The position numbers and the translations under genes are program-made. DNA of 63,734 bases, counting the filler. It is 7 parts of 7 records of this genome, joined end to end, with 100 filler letters (N's around TTAATTAATTAA, not from the genome) between each part and the next. Parts side by side here need not be neighbours in the genome. Positions count along the whole stretch, not along the records: positions 40,516 to 51,192 come from SRR31156797_18201; positions 51,293 to 57,367 come from SRR31156797_18204; positions 57,468 to 63,734 come from SRR31156797_18232; 4 more parts are not named here. One strand, given 5' to 3'. Within the stretch, counting starts at the first letter, position 1. The number at the start of each line of letters is the position of its first letter. Positions 50,112 to 59,902 of this stretch are shown here, piece after piece. Below the pieces are notes generated by a model. It saw only the letters and a program-made list of their open reading frames with translations, was not told where the DNA came from and ran no database searches.

Positions 50112-50617
50112 ACCAATACATGAAAGTATGCCTCTGGCAGCCAGTATGCCAGTTGCCGAGGAATTCACAAGATCCCATGAAAGACCTGCACCGTCCTCTG
50201 CAACAAAGAAATCAGGAATACTTGTTTGTATGGTCCGGTCAACATCTGTTTTCAGGAAGTAGAACTTCACCTCAAGAGTGTAGAGTAGCGTAGAATCTGG
50301 ATCACCCCTGGGATGATCTTGCTCAGCACATCCTACCTTCAATTATATCCGTTACCATCCTGTGAGGCAGTGCCATGGATATCCGGCCTCAGGTTCAATG
50401 TTCCGTCAGAATAAGCTCCTGAACCACCAACACCACACAGTATGGAACAGAGAGTACAATGGTCACATGCGACCATCGAGAACATAGGGCAATGTCTTTT
50501 GTCTATATCCTTGCCCGTGTCAACTATAAGTACCTGCAAACTCCGGCATGAAAACTCATAGGCTATAAAAAGTCCGGCAGGGCCAGCACCCACAATAACA
50601 ACATCATATTCATTCGT
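50103..50617 (-). pseudogene. FAD-dependent oxidoreductase relic (large internal deletion and frameshift)
   Basis: N-part (T)NEYDVVIVGAGPAGL...CP...C..C..C.ILCGVGG.GAYSDGTLNLRPDI; C-part in another frame DSTLLY..EVKFY...TSIPDFFVAEDGAGLS...ATGILAARGI; ACG at the expected start. Confidence 0.75.
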
Positions 50618-50678
50618 GCCAGAAATAGTATCAAATCCATGGCCCCCTAAAGATGACCACAGATTATTATAAGATGTG

Positions 50679-51192
50679 TTAAGATAAAATTTTATCCAGT
50701 TGACCTGTAGTACTTGCAAGCCGGATCTCCTGTGCGATCCTCTTGCCTGTGGAAAGGTCTGGCTCGACAAGATCAGAATATGGAGAACCAGCAAGATACA
50801 GGTTAGTACCTGCAACTATACGTGCGGATATCTCGAAGACCTTGATCTCAAGTTTGTCAGTAACCACAGTCTCAAGACAGAAAGGACCGATCATACCATC
50901 AAACAGCTCCAGAGACTGCTCTACCACCTTTTCACCAAGAGTAAAGATCTTTGGAAGAAGGGATTCCCTTGCAACAAGGGGAACATTTCCGGTTACCACA
51001 TAGGATGGAATGATGTCTGCCTCTTCGAGTTCCTTTGGAGAACCGAGCCTGAATATCTCATCCGCATTGGACTCCACCCTGCGGTCCATACTAAGCATCT
51101 CAAGGATACCTGTACTGAGCTTGTAGCCTTCTTCCCTCAATGGTGAATAGAAGAAATGAAGATAATATCTTGTACCTACGATGAATTCCTGA
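50679..51192 (-). CDS. purP: Formate-dependent FAICAR synthetase PurP family (5' truncated)
   Basis: DRRVESNAD, VVTGN.P...RESLL, GPFCLE, FEISARIVAGTN, SPYS. Confidence 0.85.
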
Positions 51193-51292
51193 NNNNNNNN
51201 NNNNNNNNNNNNNNNNNNNNNNNNNNNNNNNNNNNNTTAATTAATTAANNNNNNNNNNNNNNNNNNNNNNNNNNNNNNNNNNNNNNNNNNNN
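51193..51292. other. Artificial contig spacer 5
   Basis: N44-TTAATTAATTAA-N44. Confidence 0.97.
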
Positions 51293-51330
51293 TGACAAAG
51301 GAAGATATTGAATATATTTTGGGGGAATAA
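51293..51330 (+). CDS. C-terminal fragment of upstream gene, possibly an SNF2-family helicase
   Basis: TKEDIEYILGE* resembles the LTxEDIxxL tail of bacterial SNF2 proteins; only 11 codons visible. Confidence 0.35.
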
Positions 51331-51331
51331 T

Positions 51332-53113
51332 ATGAGTGTTAGTAAAGAGAGTTTAAGAGAAGCTTTAGACAGATTTTATTCAAAGGAAACATTACTGATC
51401 CTGTTTAAAAAATATTTTTTAAACTGGATTGCAGACGGTTATATTGGAAGCAATTTAGGCTTGTTTGAAGTTTCACTAATTGGGCAGAATACAAAGAAAC
51501 AAACTTTCTTAGATTTAACGTATCAATTGTATTCTAAAGAAGACATATTTTTTACACTTTATGAATCACTTGATCCTGAAGTTAAAGCAATTTTTCATGA
51601 AATTGCTTGGAATGATAAATACTTTTTGACTGAAGAGGAACAAGAGGAGTATTTAGAAGAGGTAATGAGAAGTTATAAAACAGTTCTTGTACCAAAAGAT
51701 AAATATAGGTTTTTTTCATACAGAGAGGATAATAAGTGGTCTGATGTAAAGGGAAACTACTTTTATTTGAATAATGAAATAATAAAGATGATAAGAAAGG
51801 CTCTTCCAAAACCAAAAGAGTATTTCTTAAATCCTGTAAAAGAACCGGAAACTTTATTTAGACTAAATAGTGAAGAGGAGATTTTAGACAAAATTTCAGT
51901 ATATTATAATTTTTATAATATGGGTGGAATTGAGCTTTCTTCAAGTAATAAACTGTTAAAAAAATCTAAAAATGAAATGAAAAAATATTGTGGCATTAAC
52001 GAGTATTACCAAGATAAAGGAGATCTGGATTTTCTTAAAACAGAAACAGCTGCTTTATTCTTGTTAGCGATAAAAGAAGATTATAGAACTGCAGAGTTTT
52101 TTCAACCTGCAGCACTAAAAAAACTTTTTGTTGATTTTTTAGACGGAAAACTACTTTCTGATGAGAATTTTAACTATACAACTAAATTTCTTAATTATCT
52201 AAAAGGTGTTAAGAACATTTGGGATGAAAAAGAACAAACTAAAAAAGTGTTTGAAACATTAAAAAAAGTATTAGAGGATATACCGATTGATAAAGTAATT
52301 AGTATCGATAATATTCTAAAATATATAACATATAGAGATGAGTTTATTGAGATTATGAAATTTCAAAATGCTTCTGATTATATTTATATTAATGAGGCTG
52401 ATTATGGTAGAACACGTATAGGTGCTCATGAAACTTATTATAACTATATAACGGTTCCGTTAGTTAAATCTTTGATGGCAATACTTGGAACTTTTGGAAT
52501 GTTGGAACTATATTATGATCTTCCGTCTGATAAAAATGGATTATACTTAAAAAATGGATATTTAACAAAATATGATGGAATTAAGTATATCAAGTTAACT
52601 AAACTTGGTGAATATGTTATCGGAAAAAGAAAAAATTATGATCTTGGAGAAGTTGCTGAGGAAGCAGAAATATATCTGGATGAGGATAGGCTTATTGTTA
52701 CTATACTTGGAACAGCACCTGTTAAGGAGATGTTCCTTGAACAGATAGGATCAAGAATAGCGAGTAATAAGTTTAAAGTTGATTATGAAACATTCCTTAA
52801 AAATATAGATACAGAAGATGACTTATATAATAGAATAAAATTATTTAAAACTAAGATATCTGATAAACCTGGCCAGATATGGGAAGATTTCTTCACTGAA
52901 GTACTTTCAAAAGTTAACTGTGTAAATCTAATCGAGGATATGCAGATACTTAAATTAAAAGAAGATAAAGAGCTTATAAGAACAGTTGCCTCTGATGAAG
53001 TATTAAAAAAACTTATTTATAAGGCAGAAGGTTTTTATGTTATTGTAAAAAAAGAAAATTTAAGAACAGTAATGAAAAGGTTAAGAGAATTCGGATATTT
53101 AAACGAGTGTTAA
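51332..53113 (+). CDS. Conserved hypothetical protein, possibly helicase-associated
   Basis: 593-aa ORF from ATG 51332, 1 nt after the upstream stop; YDGIKYIKLTKLGEYVIG winged-helix-like motif. Confidence 0.65.
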   Translation: MSVSKESLREALDRFYSKETLLILFKKYFLNWIADGYIGSNLGLFEVSLIGQNTKKQTFLDLTYQLYSKEDIFFTLYESLDPEVKAIFHEIAWNDKYFLTEEEQEEYLEEVMRSYKTVLVPKDKYRFFSYREDNKWSDVKGNYFYLNNEIIKMIRKALPKPKEYFLNPVKEPETLFRLNSEEEILDKISVYYNFYNMGGIELSSSNKLLKKSKNEMKKYCGINEYYQDKGDLDFLKTETAALFLLAIKEDYRTAEFFQPAALKKLFVDFLDGKLLSDENFNYTTKFLNYLKGVKNIWDEKEQTKKVFETLKKVLEDIPIDKVISIDNILKYITYRDEFIEIMKFQNASDYIYINEADYGRTRIGAHETYYNYITVPLVKSLMAILGTFGMLELYYDLPSDKNGLYLKNGYLTKYDGIKYIKLTKLGEYVIGKRKNYDLGEVAEEAEIYLDEDRLIVTILGTAPVKEMFLEQIGSRIASNKFKVDYETFLKNIDTEDDLYNRIKLFKTKISDKPGQIWEDFFTEVLSKVNCVNLIEDMQILKLKEDKELIRTVASDEVLKKLIYKAEGFYVIVKKENLRTVMKRLREFGYLNEC

Positions 53114-53155
53114 AAAGCATAATTAATTAAAAATTAATAAAATTAAATTACTATT

Positions 53156-53196
53156 ATTAGCAGGATAATCTTTATGAAAATCCTGCTAATGTTTTA
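53156..53196 (+). terminator. Hairpin/terminator upstream of dnaE
   Basis: ATTAGCAGGAT-N13-ATCCTGCTAAT followed by GTTTT. Confidence 0.5.
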
Positions 53197-53222
53197 TAAG
53201 TTTCAGAATTTGGAGGAGTACT

Positions 53223-56200
53223 ATGGCTGAAAATTTTGTTCATCTTCATCTACATACCGAGTATAGTCTGCTTGATGGAGTAGGAAAAATAGATGAATAT
53301 TTAAATAGAGCAAAAGAGCTTGGGATGAAAGCTATGGCTGTAACTGATCATGGAAATATGTTTGCAGCTGTGGAGTTTTATCAAAAAGCTCTTAAGCGTG
53401 GAATAAAACCAATTATTGGACTTGAAGCATATTTAGCCGAATTCGGAATGGAAGAAAAAAGCGGAACCAATTTTCACCTTATTCTTCTTGCAAAAAATGA
53501 AATTGGATATAAAAATTTATTAAAACTTACTTCTGTTTCGTATGAAAAAGGTTTTTATTACAGACCAAGAATAGATAAGAAATTACTTTCCCAACATAGT
53601 GAAGGTTTAGTAGTTCTTTCTGCTTGTATGAAGGGTGAAATATCTCAGGCCTTAATGGAGTTAGATGAGGAAAAAGCTCTAGCTGCCCTTAAATGGTATA
53701 AAGAACTGTTCGGAGAGGATTTTTATGTAGAACTCCAAGATAACGGTGTTCCTGAGCAATATGAGTTGAATGATCAATTATATGAACTAGCTAAAAAAGA
53801 GAATGTAGAAGTAGTCGGAACAAATGATGTACACTATGCTTATCATGGTGATAATGTACTTCAGGATGTTCTGTTATGTGTTCAAACAGGAAAAAAATTA
53901 TCTGATGAAAATAGAATGAGAATTGAAACAGATGAACTGTTTTTTAAAAGTCATGAACAAATTAGATCTAAATTAGGAAAATATGATAATGCGATCAAAA
54001 ATACAGAATTAATTGCAGACAAATGTAATGTAGATATAGAGTTCGGAATATTTAAATTTCCTGAGTATAAACTACCTGAGGGAAAAAATAGTATTGAAAA
54101 GTTTCTTGGTGAATTAACTGAGCAGGGCTTAATAAAACGATATGGTGAAAACATTACAGATGAGATTCGGGAAAGAGTAAAGTATGAGCTGGGTGTAATA
54201 AATAAAATGGGATATGCAGCGTATTTTGTTGTAGTATGGGATTTTATAGATTATGCCAAGAGAAGTGGTATACCTGTCGGACCTGGTAGAGGATCGGCAG
54301 CAGGAAGTATTGTTGCGTATTTATTAGGTATCACCGATTTAGATCCTCTTAAATATAATTTGATCTTTGAGAGATTTTTAAATCCCGAAAGAATATCAAT
54401 GCCGGATATTGATATAGATATTTGTCAAGAAAGAAGACATGAAGTAATAGAGTATGTTGGAGAGAAATATGGTAAAGATCATGTAGCTCAGATTATAACA
54501 TTTGGAACAATGAAAGCCAGAGCAGCTATTAGAGATGTTGGTAGAGTAATGGATGTTCCTATCTCTAAAGTTGATAAAATAGCTAAAATGATTACTGGAT
54601 TAGGAGCAACAATTGATAGCTCGTTAGTGGATTCGCCAGAGTTACATAAACTTTATAATGAAGACCTGCAAGTTCAGGAGTTAATGGATTATTCACGTAG
54701 ACTTGAGGGTAAGGTAAGACATGCCTCTATACATGCAGCGGGAGTTGTAATTACCAAACGGCCTATTGTAGAAGAAGTTCCAATTTATTTTGATTCGAAA
54801 AATGCTATATTTTCAACTCAATATCAGATGAAAGAACTAGAGGATCTAGGACTTCTGAAAATGGATTTTCTGGGCTTAAGAAATCTAACTGTTCTTCAAA
54901 GAACAATTGATTACATAAAAACTGATACAGGCAAAACTATAGAATTAAACAGTATTGACTTGGAAGATAAAGAAGTATATAAATTATTTCAAAGCGGAGA
55001 TACACTAGGAGTATTCCAGCTTGAATCATCAGGAATGATAAAATTAATAAAAAAAATGCGACCGGATAGGTTTGAAGACATAATTGCTTTGCTTGCACTT
55101 TATCGACCGGGACCTCTGGGTAGTGGAATGGTTGATGATTATATCAATGTTAAAAACGGTTTTGCAAGAGCAAAATATCCAGATGACTCTTTGAAAGATA
55201 TATTAGAAGAGACATACGGAGTTATTCTTTATCAGGAACAGGTAATGAAGATTGCCAGTAAAATGGCAAACTACTCAATGGGAGAAGCTGACCTGCTTCG
55301 TAGAGCGATGGGGAAAAAGAAAGTTGAAATAATGGAGGAAAATAGAGAGAAATTTGTTAAGCGGTCAATGGAAAATGGTTATACTGAAGATAAAGCTCAG
55401 GAGCTATTTAGCTTAATTGATAAGTTTGCAGGTTATGGATTTAATAAGTCCCATTCTGCGGCATATGCTCTTATCGCTTATTGGACAGCTTATTTCAAAA
55501 CTCACTATACTTCATACTATTTTGCTGCGCTTATGACGTCAGAGATGCATAATATTGATAAACTTGCGATTTATATAGAGAATGCTAAAAAACATCAACT
55601 AAAAGTCCTGCCACCTGATGTAAATAAACCATCACTTAAATTTAACGTAAAAGATGGAGCCTTAACATTTGGAATGACTGCTATTAAAAACATGGGTGAA
55701 GGAATAGTAAACGGCCTTATTGAAGAGAGAGAGAAAAATGGCGAATATAAAGATTTTGAGACTTTTGTAAATAGAGCTAAAAAAGCAGGATTAAATAAAA
55801 AATCTTTAGAAGCTCTAATTTTTTCAGGAAGTTTGGATTCATTACCGGGGAATAGAAAACAAAAATTTTCTTCAATAAGTACTGTACTTGATAATGCAAC
55901 TAAATTTCTCAAGAAAGATGAAATTCAACAAATGAATCTGTTTGGAGAAGCTCAATTAATAATAAACAAATTTGAACTTCCTAATGTAAGTGAATTTGAA
56001 CTTGACCAAATGCTTAGAGGAGAGAAAGAGTTTATAGGTTTATATCTTTCCGGACATCCACTGGATAAATACAGCGATATTTTAAACGTATATAATTTGA
56101 ACTCAATAACAGAACTAAAAAAAGAGAATATTAACCACCCTAAAACATTTGGCATAATAAAAAATCTAAAAAAGCTTGTAACCAAGAGAACTAAAGAAGC

Positions 56201-56636
56201 TATGGCGGTATTTGACCTAGAAGGTTACGATGGTCAAATAGCAGTGACGGTTTTCCCTAAAGAATACAAGAGGTTTAGTCATTATTTGTTGGAAAATGAA
56301 ATAATATTTGTCGAGGGAAGTTCGACTATAGATACCTTCTCAGGACATGAAGAAAAAAAAATATTATCAAAAACTATAAAAAGTTTGGATGAAATTGAGG
56401 AAATCGAGAAATTTAGAGTATATATCTTAGTAGAAGAAGAAAATAAAAAAAATATGAATGAACTTAAGAGAGTGATAATGAATCACTATGGAAATCATAG
56501 AGTGTTTATTGCTATGAAAGAGAGTGAAGGTAAAAAGCTTGTTGAACTTCCTGAAAAATATAAAGTTTCACCATCTATTCAGTTTATCAAAGAGGTTCAT
56601 TCTCTGTTAGGAGATGGAACTCTTAAGATTAAATAA
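53223..56636 (+). CDS. dnaE: DNA polymerase III alpha subunit
   Basis: FVHLHLHTEYSLLDG, TDHGN, GPGRGSAAGS, FERFLNPER.SMPDIDID, KMDFLGL, RPGP, YGFNKSH. Confidence 0.97.
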   Translation: MAENFVHLHLHTEYSLLDGVGKIDEYLNRAKELGMKAMAVTDHGNMFAAVEFYQKALKRGIKPIIGLEAYLAEFGMEEKSGTNFHLILLAKNEIGYKNLLKLTSVSYEKGFYYRPRIDKKLLSQHSEGLVVLSACMKGEISQALMELDEEKALAALKWYKELFGEDFYVELQDNGVPEQYELNDQLYELAKKENVEVVGTNDVHYAYHGDNVLQDVLLCVQTGKKLSDENRMRIETDELFFKSHEQIRSKLGKYDNAIKNTELIADKCNVDIEFGIFKFPEYKLPEGKNSIEKFLGELTEQGLIKRYGENITDEIRERVKYELGVINKMGYAAYFVVVWDFIDYAKRSGIPVGPGRGSAAGSIVAYLLGITDLDPLKYNLIFERFLNPERISMPDIDIDICQERRHEVIEYVGEKYGKDHVAQIITFGTMKARAAIRDVGRVMDVPISKVDKIAKMITGLGATIDSSLVDSPELHKLYNEDLQVQELMDYSRRLEGKVRHASIHAAGVVITKRPIVEEVPIYFDSKNAIFSTQYQMKELEDLGLLKMDFLGLRNLTVLQRTIDYIKTDTGKTIELNSIDLEDKEVYKLFQSGDTLGVFQLESSGMIKLIKKMRPDRFEDIIALLALYRPGPLGSGMVDDYINVKNGFARAKYPDDSLKDILEETYGVILYQEQVMKIASKMANYSMGEADLLRRAMGKKKVEIMEENREKFVKRSMENGYTEDKAQELFSLIDKFAGYGFNKSHSAAYALIAYWTAYFKTHYTSYYFAALMTSEMHNIDKLAIYIENAKKHQLKVLPPDVNKPSLKFNVKDGALTFGMTAIKNMGEGIVNGLIEEREKNGEYKDFETFVNRAKKAGLNKKSLEALIFSGSLDSLPGNRKQKFSSISTVLDNATKFLKKDEIQQMNLFGEAQLIINKFELPNVSEFELDQMLRGEKEFIGLYLSGHPLDKYSDILNVYNLNSITELKKENINHPKTFGIIKNLKKLVTKRTKEAMAVFDLEGYDGQIAVTVFPKEYKRFSHYLLENEIIFVEGSSTIDTFSGHEEKKILSKTIKSLDEIEEIEKFRVYILVEEENKKNMNELKRVIMNHYGNHRVFIAMKESEGKKLVELPEKYKVSPSIQFIKEVHSLLGDGTLKIK

Positions 56637-56780
56637 TGAACAGCTTTCTAACTATTATTTTAATGTAAAAGTTTAGAAAAAGAAACACTTGAAAAAATGT
56701 GTGAAAAGTTATATCATAACGTGTGTTACTATAAAGTTGCAAAGTTCTACTAATCCTGAATTACAAGGCATCTTTATAAT

Positions 56781-56809
56781 TTGCATAGTGAAAAAAATTG
56801 TGATAAAAT
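56781..56809 (+). promoter_or_regulatory. Sigma70 promoter with extended -10 for the accB-like/accC operon
   Basis: TTGCAT-N17-TAAAAT with TGn extension. Confidence 0.6.
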
Positions 56810-56887
56810 GTAGTGTGGTATATCCATTTGAAAGCAGAAATATCTGTTAACTAATGCCAGACTACGAAGACCTAAGGAGGAAAAGGC

Positions 56888-57304
56888 TTGGAGCTAAAAG
56901 ATATTAAAGATATTATGAAAATTCTTAAGGAAACGGATCTAAAAGAGGTTGCACTTGAAAATTCTGATATAAAGATTAAAATGAAAAAAGCATTAAGTGT
57001 GAATAATTTAATCGTAAATAAAGAGTCTTCTGAACAAGAGCCTGAAGTACAGGAACCGGTTGTTCAACTTGCTGAAATTAAATCTCAAAATGTAGGTAAA
57101 TTTTACTTTACAGATAATAAAGGAAATATCTTAATTAAAAAAGGAGATAAAATTAAAAAAGGGCAAGTTATTGGACATATTGATTCTGTTGGAGTGAGTG
57201 CTCAAATCAAAAGCGAATTAGCAGGTACTGTAAATGATATTCTAGTTGAAAACGGTGGAATAGCAGATTTCGGAAAAGTACTTGTAACACTAGAGAAAGA
57301 GTAG
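56888..57304 (+). CDS. BCCP-like protein lacking the biotinylated lysine
   Basis: AccB-type N-terminus (IKDIMKIL.ETDLKEV.LE) and biotinyl domain (IKS..VGKFY...GD.IKKGQVIG.I....IKS..AG.V..ILVENG...DFG), but DSVGV replaces EAMKM; SD AAGGAGG + TTG. Confidence 0.8.
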   Translation: MELKDIKDIMKILKETDLKEVALENSDIKIKMKKALSVNNLIVNKESSEQEPEVQEPVVQLAEIKSQNVGKFYFTDNKGNILIKKGDKIKKGQVIGHIDSVGVSAQIKSELAGTVNDILVENGGIADFGKVLVTLEKE

Positions 57305-57321
57305 TTTAGGAGGCTAATTTA

Positions 57322-57367
57322 ATGTTTGAAAAAATACTAATTGCAAATAGAGGAGAAATAGCGGTAA
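57322..57367 (+). CDS. accC: Biotin carboxylase N-terminus (truncated by contig end)
   Basis: MFEKILIANRGEIAV; SD AGGAGG. Confidence 0.8.
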
Positions 57368-57467
57368 NNNNNNNNNNNNNNNNNNNNNNNNNNNNNNNNN
57401 NNNNNNNNNNNTTAATTAATTAANNNNNNNNNNNNNNNNNNNNNNNNNNNNNNNNNNNNNNNNNNNN
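57368..57467. other. Artificial contig spacer 6
   Basis: N44-TTAATTAATTAA-N44. Confidence 0.97.
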
Positions 57468-58142
57468 CAGAAGGGCACAGGCAAGTGGACGGGCATCGCC
57501 GCTCTGGACGCGGGCATCCCCCTCACCCTGATCGCCGAGGCCGTGTTCAGCCGCTGCCTCTCCTCCCTCAAGGACGAGCGCATCCGGGCGGGCGAGCTCT
57601 ACAAGGCTCCCGAGATGGAGAAGGTGGATGACGCCGACGCCTTTCTGAAGGATCTGGAGCAGGCCCTCCTGGCCTCCAAGGTCATCTCCTACGCCCAGGG
57701 TTTTATGCTTCTGCGCCAGGCGGCCGCGGAGAACGGATGGAAGCTCAACTACGGAGCCATCGCCCTGATGTGGCGCGGCGGCTGCATCATCCGCAGCACC
57801 TTCCTGGGGGATATCAAGAAGGCCTTCGACGACGAAGCCGCCCTGGAGAACCTCCTGCAGGCCCCCTACTTCCGGAAGATCATGGAAGAGAGTCAGGCCG
57901 CCTGGCGGAGGGTGGTGGGACAGGCCGTCCGCTGGGGCGTGCCGGTGCCCGCCATGAGCTCGGCCCTGGCCTTCTTCGACGGCTACAGGAGTCCCCGCCT
58001 GCCGGCCTCGCTGCTGCAGGCCCAGAGGGATTACTTCGGGGCCCACAGCTACGAGAGGCTGGACAGACCGGCGGGAGAGTTCTTCCATACCGACTGGACA
58101 GGCGAAGGTGGCGGGGTCGCGGCCTCGACCTACAACGCCTGA
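57468..58142 (+). CDS. gnd: 6-phosphogluconate dehydrogenase, decarboxylating (5' truncated)
   Basis: QKGTGKWT, SYAQGF, MWRGGCIIRS, QAQRDYFGAH.YER. Confidence 0.95.
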   Translation, partial: QKGTGKWTGIAALDAGIPLTLIAEAVFSRCLSSLKDERIRAGELYKAPEMEKVDDADAFLKDLEQALLASKVISYAQGFMLLRQAAAENGWKLNYGAIALMWRGGCIIRSTFLGDIKKAFDDEAALENLLQAPYFRKIMEESQAAWRRVVGQAVRWGVPVPAMSSALAFFDGYRSPRLPASLLQAQRDYFGAHSYERLDRPAGEFFHTDWTGEGGGVAASTYNA

Positions 58143-58211
58143 TCACCTGAAAAACGAAAGGGAAAACCCCTGAAACAGCTGTTTTAAACCCCTCTCATCC
58201 TCTGTGGCGGT

Positions 58212-58241
58212 TTGACCTAAAAGACCGTCGCAGGGTATACT
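58212..58241 (+). promoter_or_regulatory. Sigma70 promoter positioned for a leaderless carD transcript
   Basis: TTGACC-N18-TATACT; ATG begins 8 nt after the -10 hexamer; no SD. Confidence 0.6.
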
Positions 58242-58248
58242 GGCTAGT

Positions 58249-58752
58249 ATGGAAAAAAATGCGAAGACTCTGTTCAAAGCCAAACAGGAAGTGGTTTATC
58301 CCACCCAGGGAGTCGGCAGAGTAGAGAAGATTGAAGAGAAGGAATTCAAGGGCAACAAGATCCTCTACTACGTGATCTACCTTGAGGTTTCTGATATGAC
58401 GGTTATGGTCCCCGTAGACAAGGCTGAAGAGCTGGGTCTGAGAGCCATTGTTTCACCCGCCGAGTCCAAGAAGGCTCTGGAGATCATCACCAAAGAGTAC
58501 GAGCCCGTACCCACTGACTGGAAGATGCGCTACCAGATGAACGTGGACCTGCTGAAGAAGGGAAGCGTTACCGATATCGCCACCGTCGTGACCACCCTCT
58601 ACCACAGAAGCAAGATAAAGGAGCTCCCCATCCTGGAGAGAAAGCTCTATGACAACGCCCTGAAGCTTCTGATTGACGAGGTTTCCTTCTCACTTGGAAA
58701 ATCCAAGGACGACGTGGAGCAGCTGATCTTCAGTAAACTGGAATCTGAATGA
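58249..58752 (+). CDS. carD: CarD family transcription factor
   Basis: VVYP.QGVG.V..IE, MTVMVPV..A..LGLR, WK.RY..N; carD-ispD-ispF synteny. Confidence 0.92.
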   Translation: MEKNAKTLFKAKQEVVYPTQGVGRVEKIEEKEFKGNKILYYVIYLEVSDMTVMVPVDKAEELGLRAIVSPAESKKALEIITKEYEPVPTDWKMRYQMNVDLLKKGSVTDIATVVTTLYHRSKIKELPILERKLYDNALKLLIDEVSFSLGKSKDDVEQLIFSKLESE

Positions 58753-59420
58753 TAAAATCCGCCATCATCACCGCCGCCGGTTCGAGCAACCGGATGAAGG
58801 GCAGAGGCAAGAAAGAACTGAAATCCATCAAAGGGAGAACCGTCCTGGAAAGGGCCGTTCTTCCTTTTGTTCTTTCTGAAGAGTTCGACAACATCCTGGT
58901 GACCTATCCCGAGGGCAGGATCGAGGAGCTCAAGAAGGCCCTCCACAGGATTAACTTTCCCATACGCTTCATCCAGGGCGGAAAGACGAGACAGGCCTCG
59001 GTCTACAACGCCCTCGAAGAGCTGAAAAAGACGGGAAGCGACCTGGTCCTGATCCATGACGGCGCCCGTCCCCATATCTCGGAAGAACTGATCCGGAGGG
59101 TTCTCCTCGGAACGGAGGAACGGGGCAACAGCACGCCCGTCACCCCCTCGGTCAGCGCCATGAAGGTCATCAACCCCATGGGAGACATCGAACAGCATCT
59201 GATCAGGACCACCACCGTCAGCGCCCAGACCCCGCAGGGATTCTCCTTTCCCGAGATCATGGAGGCCCATGAAAAGGCCCGGGAAGAAGACAGCCTCTAC
59301 ATAGACGATTCGGAAATCTGGTCCGTTTACATCGGGCCCGCCCATACGGTGGAGGGAGATCCGGACAATATCAAGATCACCTATCCGGGAGATCTGAAAA
59401 CAGAGGATTCAAAGAAATGA
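58749..59420 (+). CDS. ispD: 2-C-methyl-D-erythritol 4-phosphate cytidylyltransferase
   Basis: AAGSSNRM, GGKTRQASV, LIHDGARP, AQTPQGF, NIKITYP.D. Confidence 0.93.
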   Translation: MIKSAIITAAGSSNRMKGRGKKELKSIKGRTVLERAVLPFVLSEEFDNILVTYPEGRIEELKKALHRINFPIRFIQGGKTRQASVYNALEELKKTGSDLVLIHDGARPHISEELIRRVLLGTEERGNSTPVTPSVSAMKVINPMGDIEQHLIRTTTVSAQTPQGFSFPEIMEAHEKAREEDSLYIDDSEIWSVYIGPAHTVEGDPDNIKITYPGDLKTEDSKK

Positions 59421-59902
59421 TGCGCATCGGTCAGGGCTGCGATATCCACCGCCTTGTGGAGGGCCGCCCCCTGGTGATCGGCGGGGTAACCATCCCCTTC
59501 GAGAAGGGGGAGGACGCCCATTCGGACGGTGACGTCCTGATCCATGCCATGATAGACAGCCTGCTGGGCGCCCTTGCCCAGGGAGATATCGGAACGCATT
59601 ACCCCCCCTCCGATCCCCGATGGAAGGGCGTGGACAGCCGCCGTCTCCTCAGGGAGACGGTCGCCCGGGTGGAAGAGGCGGGCTATACAATCGGCAACAT
59701 AGACACCACCGTGATCCTGGAGCGCCCCAAGCTGGGCCCCCACAGAGAATCCATAAGAAAGACCCTGCAGGAAGACCTGGGCATCCCCCTGGGCCGCATC
59801 TCCTTCAAGGCCAAGACCAATGAGAAGCAGGGCCCCGTCGGACGGGGCGACGCCGTTGAGGCCCGGGCCGCCGTCCTTCTCCTGAAAAAGACGGCTCCAT
59901 GA
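59417..59902 (+). CDS. ispF: 2-C-methyl-D-erythritol 2,4-cyclodiphosphate synthase
   Basis: RIGQG.DIH, HSDGDV..HA..D.LLGA, GDIG, KAKTNE. Confidence 0.95.
   Translation: MMRIGQGCDIHRLVEGRPLVIGGVTIPFEKGEDAHSDGDVLIHAMIDSLLGALAQGDIGTHYPPSDPRWKGVDSRRLLRETVARVEEAGYTIGNIDTTVILERPKLGPHRESIRKTLQEDLGIPLGRISFKAKTNEKQGPVGRGDAVEARAAVLLLKKTAP

Noticed and set aside
53120-53130. TAATTAATTAA resembling the linker
   Set aside because: No flanking Ns; it lies in a naturally AT-rich intergenic region.
53223-56636. Intein or split in dnaE
   Set aside because: Normal length and contiguous motifs.
56740-56870. Purine riboswitch (GTTCTAC and GACTACGA words present)
   Set aside because: Spacing and loop motifs do not fit, and a promoter lies between the two words.
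10039-57467. Six copies of TTAATTAATTAA flanked by N-runs as a biological repeat
   Set aside because: Identical 100-nt assembly spacers; composition and taxonomy change across each, so no cross-spacer gene context is valid.
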